From assembly GCA_002256025.1 (NCBI GenBank), contig NKIB01000503.1, positions 1-32,258 on the forward strand: a stretch of 32,258 nt of DNA, given 5' to 3'. The notes beneath the pieces are model-generated. The model did no database searches. It had not been told where the DNA came from and was given only the letters and a program-made list of their open reading frames with translations. Below are positions 1 to 11,900 of the stretch, piece after piece. The stretch's first letter is position 1. Each line of letters begins with the position of its first letter. This DNA comes from Asterionella formosa (Eukaryota). Position numbers and translations under genes: made by a program.

Positions 1-1769
1 CTCGTTTCATCACGTTTACAAATCAAAAATCCGTTGTTGTTTCTGATCGTCATCTTATCATCGTCAAACATAACTTTATTTCCCTTGTCAATAATTCTCG
101 AAATACTGATAATGTTCTGCTTGAACTCCGGTGCATAGAGCACATTGGTGAGTTTCAACACTTTTCCTTTGTCTGTCGTCGTAAGGGTCACCGTGCCTGA
201 TACGGTCGCAACAATTGCTGCGCCGTTTCCCACAAGAACAGTTTCACGCACTGCGCGCTTGTCCTCCATGATGCGCTCATCATTGCATATATGTACCGTA
301 GCGCCACTATCTAGTAGCCAACGGTCCTTATGCACGCACGTATAATTTACCTCTTCATTGTACCTTGCCTCAATACACGTCACCACGAACGTTCCTTGCG
401 TAGTAGTGTTGGCGTCTTCTCCCTTCTGTTTGATTGGTGCATTTTTTTGATTGTTGCACTCACTGGCATAGTGCCCCATCTTCTGGCAATTATAACACTT
501 CACATTCTTTCTCTTATTTCGTTGCTCGGGAGTTAATTCTCTCTTTTCTGTAGTATTGCCCTTGCTTCGGCAATCAACTGCCTTGTGGCCATACTTGCCA
601 CACTTCCTGCAGTCTCCCTTAAACTTGCTTTTTGAAAAGAAGGCCTGCTCGCCATTCTTATTCGTCTTGGTTTCGTCACGCACATACAAATCGTAATAGT
701 CGCGTACATTCTTCTTGACCTCTTGGATCGTGAGCTCGGAGCTCGCGAGACCAAATTTTCCAACCACCAAACTCTTGTAGACTTCCGGTAGGTTGTTGAT
801 AACATGGGCCACATAGGCACCATCCGAAATTGCGGAGCTCGTTCAGCTCAATCGTTCTCGAATTCTATCCAACTCAACAAACCAAATGTCGGGGTTCTCA
901 TTCTCGTTAATCGTGCATTTTGTCCACTGACCTGACAAGGCAATCACATTTGCCATATTACTTGACTCGTACATAGACACTAACTTGTCCCACGCTTCCT
1001 TCGCATTTCCATTGGGGAACTCTTCACTTCTGGCACCATTTACGTATCCAAATGGTCCACTCTGACATGCCATAATTAAACTTGCATAGGCAACCGTATT
1101 ATTTCGTTTCGCACGCTTCTCATCATTGTCACTCAGGACAATCTCTACTCCAGCCAGCTGAATCTCTCTCACCTGGTGATACTTCATCTCCATTTAGGAT
1201 TCCTTCAAAACCTTTGTAGCAGGCATAGGCCACAAACTTCGCTTTCCAAACATGCCACTTGGCATCGGTACCATCAAATGTTGGCAACCGCACTCCTGAC
1301 GATTCGTCGTCAATTCCCATCTTGAGTACCCTTTCAAACCTATCCGCTTTAAAGCGTGTTGAAATGGTCCGTACTCCTTCCCGCGGGTTGGGTCTCTCTT
1401 CACGTAGACTCTTACGTGATCGTAGTACTACCTAGTGCCACTTACTTTCTCTCTTGTCTCTGCTTCTAGCCTTCCTGCTAGATAGACTAATTGACCTTCC
1501 TGTCAATTAACACACTGTTTCCTCGGTTGATAATCTAAAACTCAAATTAAATTATAAGCAAGCTAAACTACTAAATGTTTCCTTTCCATGCATCTTTGCT
1601 TCCTGCAAAGTCATTCTAAGACTCTCTTCGAGTTTCCACTTAACATTTCCTTAGAAATCTTCAATCTCTGATCTCGTTAGACAGCTGATTGATGTGGCAA
1701 TGCAATATTCGACTCGTTCGATTACAATCGAGTCCACAATCCTTGTGACTCGGGCTAATATTCTTGACA
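1..1769 (-). mobile_element. Ty1/copia LTR retrotransposon, copy A (5' LTR + gag + protease; runs off the window start)
   Basis: Minus-strand reading from ATG 1320 gives a copia gag N-terminus (LPTFDGTDAKWHVWKAKF), two CCHC knuckles (CRKCGKYGHKAVDC, CYNCQKMGHYASEC) and the copia protease (WLLDSGATVHIC...LTNVLYAPEFKQNIISI). Similarity to copy B ends at 1769, where the minus strand starts TGTCAAG. Lesions: a 4-bp CAGC duplication near 1151 (frameshift) and an in-frame TGA at 843-845. Confidence 0.93.
1357..1769 (-). repeat. Putative 5' LTR of copia copy A (~413 bp, TG...CA)
   Basis: Minus strand reads TGTCAAG...TTTCAACA. The outer edge is where homology with copy B stops. The inner edge is inferred from the CA terminus 36 bp before the gag ATG. 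No 3' LTR is in the window to confirm it. Confidence 0.7.
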
Positions 1770-2115
1770 TACCGGAACGGGTCTACTAAAAGCATTCCTG
1801 TAGAAACAGTACCTTGTAGTGATCATTGATGCTGTGGACTAAATTTTTACTACCAGTACCGGTAGGCAGAGTCGTGAATGATTGAGTATTTCGAAATTCT
1901 GAACACGTGTGCCGGTAATACGCACACCAGAAACCGAAGAATACCGGTACTGTACGTGATGGCAATGTACAGATAATACAGTGCTGGTGGCAACAGATCG
2001 GTAATATGTTTCGTTCAGATACCGGTAACTCATACCGGTATCATATATTCATCATTGCGTATTTTTAACCCATCCCGGTGATACTCTGATGAGAATGATT
2101 GTTACGGAGTACCGG
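1770..2115. repeat. ACCGGT/GTAC palindrome-rich low-complexity tract upstream of the reductase gene
   Basis: Repeated TACCGGTA, ACCGG and GTAC words, for example near 1857, 1943, 2020 and 2033. Confidence 0.6.
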
Positions 2116-2191
2116 GGTAGCAAATAACGACGATTTGTTGACAAAACATGAAACATGTGCAGCAATCCTAGGACCCCGCCGCCATTTTAAA

Positions 2192-5100
2192 ATGTGGCCA
2201 TTTACTATAAGCGAAGAAGAACGGATGCGATTGATAAAAGAAGAAAAGAGGCGACACCGAATTGAAAAACTAAAATTTTGGAAGCGACCGGTACATAAGG
2301 TTGTTGTCCCTACGCTCAGCGAGCGTTTGTTGTCGTCGTGTCTTCCTGTGCCTTGTTTGCTTGGGTTGATATGTATACTTTATTGGAGATGCACACGGAA
2401 ATGGAAGGTGAGCACATGGAAATCAACGCTGTAAGTGTTTGTTCTTGCTGGGTTGTGTGCACTGCTCAACGTGAGACTATACAAAGGATATATTTGCTAC
2501 ATTGTTTATTAACTGTATTATCCGTGTTGTGCCATACTTTCTATTTGCTGTTGCTATGTTTTAACTTATCGGAACAGATCCTCGTCACCTGCGCAGTTAT
2601 ACGCCCAAGAATCACTTTCATTGACCAACGGTGCCTGCACAATAATAGCCCTGTCAGACCATACTCGGTCCATGCGAGACCGCCGCTCTTGCAGCACCAA
2701 ATTGCTCAACAGGATAACTACTGAATCCGACACAAGTGCTTCAAGAAATGTAAGAAATTCAAAAATAAGACGCATGCTGACTCGCCAGGAAGCCTTAAGT
2801 CAAGATCGAACACATGCATCATTTCACCCCGAGGGTTTTAAGCCTCATGACGAGACACTGCCCTCGTTGACGCCTCGATTCATGGCACGACATTCTATCA
2901 TGCCGATTGTATCCACTAAGGATGACATAATAGATCTTACCAAGAAGAATCGTTCGCGGTCACTTGAAAGGAAAGCATCCAGAGTTCAGCTAAATGAGAA
3001 CGCTCGCAAGCCACCTGGTACAGTCGTTTTGGATTTTCTGGAGGACAACACGATAGAATACCAGGGCAGTATGAGCAGTATTTTGGATGATAATGTAAGT
3101 TTGGTTTCTGCTTGCTCTCATGATTTGGAGCGACTAGCCCAGACGATCGACAAGAAAAGCGGTTCCAGAAGAGGTGACGAGCCGAGGGAACAGCAGGTCC
3201 AAGAAATGCAAGTTAGATTTTTTGCTGCACAGAGGCAGGGCAGTATAGGAAGTATTGGTATGAGCAGTACTGGTAGCTTTGAGAAAAGTGACGTTCTAAT
3301 GAAGCACTTCCTGGCAAGACGACGAGGAAGTATCAATTCCATGCACTCGTCCAATTCAGGAGGTATGCATTTCATGCGCGCTTTGGGCGACAACAATGAA
3401 GTAGTAGACCGCCCGCACATGACGAGATCTTCGTCAAAGAATTCGATTTCTACGATGGATAGCAGCCTTTTCGGCGCCTTTTATGATCCAACAGTCGATG
3501 CGCCGCCGTATTTAACAATTTACTATGCCACACAGAGTGGTACGTCTGAATATTACGCTTATGCACTCCAACAAGAAGGGCAAGCCATGGGTTTAGATGT
3601 TGGAATTTGCAATGTGAACAATGTTTTCAACTCTGTTGACAGCATGAATTTGGATCATGAACTCTCCGATATTTTAGTTCCGCATGTGACCAAGGCAAAC
3701 TCGAGACGAGGGCGGGCAGTTTTCTTGATAAGCACCCATCATGATGGTGGACCAACGGCTGATGGAATAAATTTTTTGAAAATGCTTGAGAATTTGAAAA
3801 ATGAAAAGTATTTAAAAGTAAGACGCCTTCTGTGCCTTTCCATTAAGCAAATGCTTTGTGCTACCTCTAACCCGAGAACAACACGCAGGGTCTACGATAC
3901 GCAGTCTTTGGCTTCGGTAATTCGACATATACCAGCACCTTTAACTCTCAAAGTAAAATTTATGACCATCTGCTCGCGACGTTGGGTGCGAAAAGAATGG
4001 CCCCTCTTGCCCTAGGGGATGATAGCATGGATGTGGATTGGGATTTTGAACAATGGAAGTGGAAGATTTTTTGGCCAAAGTTTGCTGATCTTTCCGCCAA
4101 GGATTATGAGCCATTATCACTACCATGCGCTGGTAAAGTCTCACAAGAGTCAATCAAAAAATATAATCCTAAGAGCCGAACAGAAGATCCAGATTCTAAT
4201 TTGTTGTTAGAGTACATTGAGGAAGCTGATATGCCGAAGCACAAGGAGAAATGGGAAGAAGTGGACCTTCTACCATCCGCACGTCATTTTCGAGGAGTTG
4301 TGGAGTATAAAATCAAATCAATTCGACCACTCTGGAGAGATCCTGATTTATCTAACACGTTGAAGCAGTCCGGGTCGACAATGCATATGGAAATTGATTT
4401 GAATGAGCCCAATGGAATTCCATTCAAATTCAATACAGGAGATTCTTTATCGGTCTTGCCTGTGAACAGGTCAAGCATTGTCAAGGCTTTAGCAAAAAAA
4501 CTTGGACTTAACTTGGGTGCAATTTTCATATTGCGACCGAAGCAAGGCATTGATGAGAAGGAGTTTGAGCTTCCTTTTCCAACTCCTTGCACAGTTAGAG
4601 ACTATCTTTCCAAATATTGCGAGTTAAGTACACCTCCACGTCGATCGGTGGTTCGTGCTCTTTCGAAGTGTGCAACGGACTGTGTGGAACGAGAAGAAAT
4701 GTATAAGCTGTCGTCCAAGAAGCACAGACAGGAATATCTGGATAGAATTGTCAAGGAACATGTTGGCCTCGCGGAATTCATCACGAACAAATATCCATCT
4801 ATCAAAATTTCATTGATCACGTTTGTTGGGTTGTGTGCGGCTATGAGAACTCGTTGGTACACAGCCTCGAGCTCTACTTTAATGCACCCTGATTCGGTGC
4901 ATTTGACGTTCAATGTCGTGTCGATCATTCGCCCCTCAGATAAGAGTATATGTCGAGGTTGTGGTTCTCACTATTTGGCCAAATTGAAACCTGGTCATAC
5001 CCTTCGCGTTGTTTTTTCCAGAAATTCAGGTTTTGTAGCTCCTCCAGATCATTCCAGCCCTCTAATCCTCATTGCCAATGGGTCTGGAATTGCTCCAATG

Positions 5101-5523
5101 AGAGCTCTCATTCAGGAGCGCCACTTCCAAAAATCGATGCTCAACTTTCCGGTCGGTCTTACGGAGTTATTCTTTGGTATTCGTCGTCGTGATTTGGATT
5201 TTCTATACCAAGACGAGTTCACTTACTATAACAACTCGGGAAGTCTGTCGTCTTTGTACCTTGCCTGTAGCCGTGAACAGATGCACAAAATCTACGTACA
5301 GCACTTGGTTGCAAAGCATTCTAAGCACGTATGGAAACTCCTCAAGCGGGGTGCTTTTATCTATGTTTGTGGAAGTTCTGCGATGAGGACTGAAGTGGAT
5401 CAAGTACTAAGGGCTATTATTTCTCGCCAAATTGGAGATGCGGACGTACTTGACTTCATGAAGACTCTGGTGGCAGGTGGCCGATATGTCCACGAGGCTT
5501 TTGATGCAAACCATATGCTATAG
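2192..5523 (+). CDS. NADPH-cytochrome P450 reductase-like diflavin oxidoreductase (TM anchor, long Ser-rich insert, FMN, FAD and NADPH domains). Exons 2192-2430, 2578-3817, 3889-5523; ~1037 aa
   Basis: FMN motifs YYATQSGTSEYYA, STHHDGGPT and GLRYAVFGFGNSTY; the last is joined by the GT-AG intron 3818-3888. FAD/NADPH motifs RWYTASSS, ILIANGSGIAPMR, LFFGIR, KIYVQH and IYVCG. Intron 2431-2577 (GTAAGT...CAG) joins in frame an upstream exon with a hydrophobic helix (LPVPCLLGLICILYW). An alternative intron 2408-2596 is also in frame. Exon 1 is less certain than the rest. Confidence 0.88.
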
Positions 5524-7899
5524 ATTGACTGGATCATTTCTTTCCAAGTAACTAGGGACTGTTTCTTTCTTTCTTGTGCTTTTATTTTGATTTTGTTGCT
5601 ATTGATATTATTATTAGTCCCCAAAGTTAGTTGAATGAATTTCAAAGAATCAGTTGAAGTTCAAAGAAGTCTTAAAGTTGTACAGACGTTCAAACAACAT
5701 GGAGGTGTTCAAAGATTATTAAGAAGATCTGAACCAGATAATTTATGTATTCAAGTATCCCTTTAAATAAGTAATTGAAATGATTAATTCAAAATCAACT
5801 AGACTTATATATGTTAAGGTCAGGACTACATGCAATACTTGGAGTAGATGTTGTGCAGAGAAATTCTGAATAGCATTTGTTGTGTAGGCTAGGTAAGTTG
5901 AAATATTGCTTGTTATCTCAACCTGTTTTCTATAATGTAGGTTTGGACAATCCTTGAAGCAACAATGACCTTCAGGTCAATTACTTAAAGTGAGAGAAAA
6001 TTATTTCTTGATCTCCTGATCGAATTTTTCTTTCATATGCCGCCCTTTAGCTACATCATGGCACATTTTTGACCAAACATAAGGGACTTCACGTGTTGAC
6101 CTTACTTATCTTGAGTTTCAATGCCCTGGGATAATGGTGTGCTGAAACAGCGTGCTCGAACCATGTACATATGCCTCCTGGTGATGGCTGCTGCTAGTCG
6201 AATCAATATTATTATGATTCCAGGTATTCTCTCTTTTTGACAGCAGTTGCAGCGATTTGTAGTCATAATAGCTTATTTTCTGATGAATTACATTAAAACA
6301 TGTAAGGTTTCTAGGTTTCTACACATACAGTGGCCTACTCGAAATTACGGTACTTAATGAGTTCTATAGAGGTGAGCACATTGATAGTATTTGATGTAGT
6401 GGCTGGTCTTGATAAAGAACCCAAATGTCTTCATTGCAATAATTCCATTCCTCTTTAGAATATTCTTGAAATTATCCTTGAAAATTCATCCTTTATCTCA
6501 TCCTTGATGTTCATCATGTGTGACAGCATGTCATTGAGAGACTGTTCCATGTACATTTACTTGTCAAGCTAATTGTTTTTATCATCCCATAGTACTCCTA
6601 AAGTTACTAAATTGTCCAAAGGTGGTGTTCCTGGTGTGTCATTTTTTAATTTTGTGTTGCTATCAAGCATTGATTCTACTCTGTACAGAGCGTCACTAGC
6701 TGCCTAGAGTAGTCGTTCACCCCTATACCATTGTTACATGTTGTGGTAATGGCTTTTTACTGGGGTCCTGCCATTCAACTGGTGAGACCAGAACGGAGAC
6801 CTTCACAGTCTCCCTCTCTGATACAGCAGTCAGGCCATCTGGTCGGAGGCACTGATTGACGAGATCGTCACCCAGATAGCTGATGCCGGCCTAATGCGGA
6901 CTTGCAGGGGAGAAGTGGTTCCAGACAACAAGAAACATTAGTGTGGGAGAAAAGGAAGAAAGAAAAGAGGGCTTGGTAACACTGTAGAGAGCCGCAGCGA
7001 TGTGGGAGGGTACTCCAGAGTAAGGCGCCGCTGTTTTAATACGAGGACTGGTTTGCCATTTGCTTCCGTTGGTTTTGCTTAATGTAGGACCATTTTCCTT
7101 TTTTGTTTTGTTTTTCCCAAAATAAGTTTATGATGTACCTTAATCAACACATTACGTACAAGTCCTAAAATAGTTAAAGGAAAAGTTAGCATTCACCAAT
7201 ACCACCACTTTGCATATGCTTAGATACAGTCGTCATAGGTCGACCTAGGGGTATGATCTATCTGCGGATATGGTGAGGACCTCATTTCTGGAAAGAAACT
7301 GGAGTTATGTATTGTAGATTTGTAACTATGGCAAAAATAGTCAAAAAAAGGGGCTGCGACGCACGCTTTTCAAAAAATAAACGATATATATGATACAAAC
7401 TGCATTTCTCTCCAGAAGTTAACTCCTGACGTTATAGGGTACACGGCTATCTCCTTTAATCTTCATGAAACCCCGCAGATGTAGAGCAATCCTCCAAAAA
7501 GTCGACCGGATCGGCTTTTTCAACAGTCGCCAAAATATTGGAATCGGAATTTGTATGTGCAAAAGGTTCTCGTACTAGACTTAGACTCTTGCGTAGGTAT
7601 GTTTTGCTGCTTAATTCTCAGTCCAAAAAGACTCCAGAGTAAGTTGCCGCATTACTACACATATTCTGATTGGTTGAATTGAATTTATTCACCTGCTCCA
7701 GATTGGCTGAAGTATTCCGGTCTTGTAAAATCACGCCAGCCACACTTGAACCACATGTATTAGATGTCCTGTATACCAGTAGGTAAAATCAGTACCGGTA
7801 CACCGGGTACTAGTTTCATCCTGTCTTCCATCATCATGACCCAAGATTATGTACTATACAAGAGCGAAAGGCAACAATTTTTCCAGTCAATGACCCAGA

Positions 7900-10020
7900 A
7901 TATCCGTCTGTCAGATTCAGTATTTTGAAAGTTACATTCGAGTTGGTTGTGGTTCCAGCAAGTGATGAATTGAGTTGAGTGCTTGTGCTCTGTATTTCCG
8001 TAGTAAGCAGAAGGTTATTGTTGAGAGGCCCCCATCCTTGTTCTGAGACTGCTTTTCTGTTTGTTCTTTTCTTTGCAAAGCTTTTTTTCAGGCAGTTGAA
8101 ACAAGGGCGACAATGTCAGATTTTTCAATAGCAAACGGCAAATCATGATCAGTCTTTTTGGTAAGTACTAGGTCCCGCTTTGCAACTGTCAATTCCATTT
8201 TGAATCTTCCATTCTGCTCCGAAGAATCTCTGACTTGCCAGTAGGAGGTTCCATAAGGGACACCTATACACACACTCTATGGGGTCAAAGGGCTGTTGAT
8301 ATATTCGAGAAATGAGCAATCAAATTGAGAGCTATGTCCATCAACGATGAGGAAAGTGTTTATTCCATCACTGCAGTCAAACAATTCCAAAGAATCCATT
8401 TGGGCAAACATTCTCACCAACAGTTCTGCAGCAGTAATGCTTCCTAATTACGAACAACAACAGAAAGTGGGCACATGCTTTCCATTTGACACACACACAG
8501 GTCCCTGAGGATATCGCTTTCCTTTGCCAGTGTTTAGGTTGAAGTCATCCTCATTGCCATGCCATTCTACAAACGGGTTATGCCCCTGTACCCAACTAAG
8601 TTCAAGCTCTTTGGCAGCCAATGTTATAGCAAAAATCACTGGAGTTCCTTGCTCAGCAGCTGTAAATCCCAAGACTGTAAAGTGCGCATCGTTGATAGCA
8701 CTTCATTGTTGTGGTCTTGCAGCTGTTTCAATACATAGCACTTTCCCACCCCCCCCTTCTGTCCATCTTTTGCTTGACTGGTGTTACTTCCGACTTCATC
8801 AACAAATATGAGTTTGTTGGGATGCTTCAAGATGTACATTTTTCATTCCCAGGGCTCCATCCTCATTTGCAACAACATCTCCTGATTTATTCAACCACAC
8901 TTCTTCATCCAGCTTTTCCGCAATACCCATTGTGGCCATTTCTTCATACACATCTCTATACATCTGATCAAAGTTCCGTATTGTGCACCAGTCAGCATGC
9001 TTCCCATCGAATTTGACACCTTTATGAAGCCAATTATGACTCATGAATCCCCTCCAGTACCCTGATCCCAGTGGTTTAGATAATGTTAGATCCTCCCTAA
9101 ATGAAATGCAATGTTTCTGCCTCCACAGCGCAATATATTCCATGATGGATTTACCAGAAAAAAGTGAGTTAGCAAGTTCCAGTCTCTGCCAACATGTAAG
9201 TGGGACTCGCATTTTGGAGAGTTGGTCAATCAGCACAATAATGTATGGCTCAACTTCGAGCATTGGTGACATTGACGAAGCTTTGTTTTTCCCTGGATCT
9301 TTTTGCGTTTTGCCCAAGATCTCATTGTTTCTATATTTATTTCAACTCCAGGAGGAATACCAAGCATCTCTTTTCTCCCCCCAATTATGCATGCAAATGT
9401 GAATCTACTTGCTTTCTTGTTCTTTCGCTGCAAGTTCTTCTCTAACCCTCATGTATTCTGTGGCTGACTGGACAATGCATTCTTTGATTTTTCTTTGCAT
9501 CGATGTTGATGCCATTTGAGTGGTTACCTTCTTTGGCTGGCCTCCAGTAAGTATGGTAGTCATGGGGACAACGACTGCAGGAACACTAACTGCAGGAACA
9601 CTAACTGCAGCAGTAGTCATATTTGTAGACAATAATTCAATACTATTAATAGCATTGATATTATCATCTACTGTCATGTCGTCATCCTCTTCTCTTGTCA
9701 AAGTAGATGTTCTAGTACTTGAATAGAAAAATGAGCCTATGTCTGCCTGAGAATCTCCTGATAGCTAGTATACCCATGTTGGGGACAGCACTAGCACCTG
9801 CCTTTCGTAACATTAGTCGACTTTCTTTTTTGTAAGCCAAGGTAAGTATGATACCTTCTGAGCCTTCACCATGTTGGTAGTGGCTCCGTATGGGAGCTTT
9901 CCATTATTGTTGGCCTTGATTGCTTCAAGTTCTGTAACAATGCCAAGCATTTTGAGTTGAATTACCACTTGAGCATAATGAAGTGCTTCTGTCTCCTTCT
10001 TGATGTTGGAAGCTCGACTT
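7900..10020 (-). mobile_element. Degenerate DNA transposon, pogo/Tc1-mariner DDE_1-like transposase pseudogene
   Basis: Consecutive frameshifted minus-strand pieces: NNGKLPYGA...PWLT, LGSGYWRGFM, IFVDEVGSNTSQ, FTVLGFTAA, VPTFCCCS, FLIVDGHSSQF (DDE_1-type 'DGHxS'), CIGVPYGTSYWQVRDSSEQNG and GWGPLN. Many stops; terminal inverted repeats not confirmed. Confidence 0.75.
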
Positions 10021-11219
10021 TTAAAAATTCGGCATGGTAGTGCTGGTTTGCGTGATAGCTGTGTACTGTTTTTCATATTTTGTGGACTGACAGATTCATA
10101 TATCAAAATCCTCAATCAGATATAGGCGCGCCCATATCATTTGCCATCTCTATACAATTCAAAACCAAAAGAAATTCTATATTTTTTTAAATGTGTTTAA
10201 CGTTCAGACACTAATTAAATCAATGTGTCGAAATATTTGTATATATCGTTGTATATTGTGAACGTATGACAATGAGAACTCCAAACTTAGCCTTATCCGT
10301 GTTCTCCACGTCTTTTTGGTCGTTTCACTATTTCCGGCAATCTATAGAGATGAACAGCTGACTCCAAATCTCAAACTAATTTCATAGCTGACTAGCCTAT
10401 ATGCTCGAGAAGGAGCGGCCAGAACTCTCATAATTTACATTTACTTAAGTTTTGATAGCAAAACGTTTTATTCTGCGTTCAATGGGTCACAGCAGTTCAA
10501 AAATATTCTCAATGGTTCAAGGCAGTTTTTTACTGGTACCGTACAGATTTATATATATACCTTTTTCCATCGAGCAATATTAAAACTACATGCAACAATG
10601 TATAAACATGAACCATGAGCATACATGTTGGCATACTCCTGATTTATATATGTGTTTTGGCGTTGAGCAAAATCATGTCTACATTCAGCAATATCGATAT
10701 AGTATAAACGTTTAAATATCATTTTTGTTTGTTTAAAATGAAACTATATCAATCTGGCGCCGATTCCTATTTAATTCAAATATTCAAATGGACACTCTAA
10801 TCATGGGAATTTACAGTAGGAAACTTCCTGTTCCACGCCGTTTTTACAAGCCTAGCCATGTTTTTTCCAAACTAGGGTTAAGCTGGGGCCGCAACCTTAA
10901 AGAACATTTGCTTAGAGTAGCAATTGTGCATATTGTGATGCCATCATTTCAATTCAGCTGACATCACACCCACCTACAACCTACATAATCATACTGTAGC
11001 TAGTTATGATACTGACATTCATCACCTTTGGGCTGATAAAACAAAAAAATTCTGATAAAAGCACGTTCTGATAAAAAACAGGAATATGACGTCAAAAAGT
11101 ATCTGAGCATCTATTTTTCTGATAAACAAACCTGGAAATGAGGCAAATCTTTTGTCAGCAAAATCGAGATTCAATCTCCATTTGGCTGTTAAAACTTGAT
11201 GTGCTATTTGTGTAGCCAA

Positions 11220-11900
11220 TCATAATTTTGGTTGAGGGCAAGCTATCATTGATATCAAGATTTCTTGGAAGCGCCATGGCGATTTGTACTTGTCAAGCAG
11301 CATTTTAACCGCTTTTTCGATGGCATCCTGCAATTCACAAAGCAGCCACTTCCAATCATGCTTGCACTCTCCCAGCTGCGTTTCTCAAGAACACCACAAT
11401 GTCAACTATCTGCCAGTAATTTCATGGTCGAATACGCTCAAAGTGTCCAGCTGAAATGCAATGTCAGGAACACATTTGTTGGTGACAAAAGGATGCAATC
11501 GCTTGGCTTCTTCATACAATCCCTCCCTCCCCATGTGAGGATCAATTTAAACCGTGCCAATAAAAGTGAAGAAGCAAGCTGCAGACTCTTGCTCTCTGTC
11601 ACATTCAAACCTCATGACAAAATAATAGTTAGAGTTTTTTGTTCATGCATGTATCAAATATAAATGCCTCATACCACAGAGTCAACAATTCATTTGCCTC
11701 TCAGATCAATGAAACAAAAGATAAGATTTCCTTAATTTGCATGAAGATTGTTGAACCCAGCAGAATGGAAATGGAGGCCATCGAAAGAATTTAATGACAT
11801 TTATGAAACATTTTATTGCTGCTGCATGTGGCTAACATACACCTTGTCACCTCAGAATAACATTGGACAGTTCGGTGCAGAAACCCAAAGTCCAATTAAA
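11220..11900 (-). pseudogene. Possible decayed coding sequence of unknown family
   Basis: Protein-like minus-strand stretch (GLYEEAKRLHPFVTNKCVPDIAFQLDTLSVF...WKWLLCELQDAIEKAVKMLLDKYK) broken by stops; no recognised motif. Confidence 0.25.

Noticed and set aside
2192..5523. Nitric oxide synthase or P450-reductase fusion
   Set aside because: The N-terminal region is low-complexity and shows no heme-thiolate oxygenase or P450 motif.
9575..9612. 15-bp tandem repeat (AVSVP)x2-3
   Set aside because: A local slippage repeat inside the transposon relic with no independent significance.
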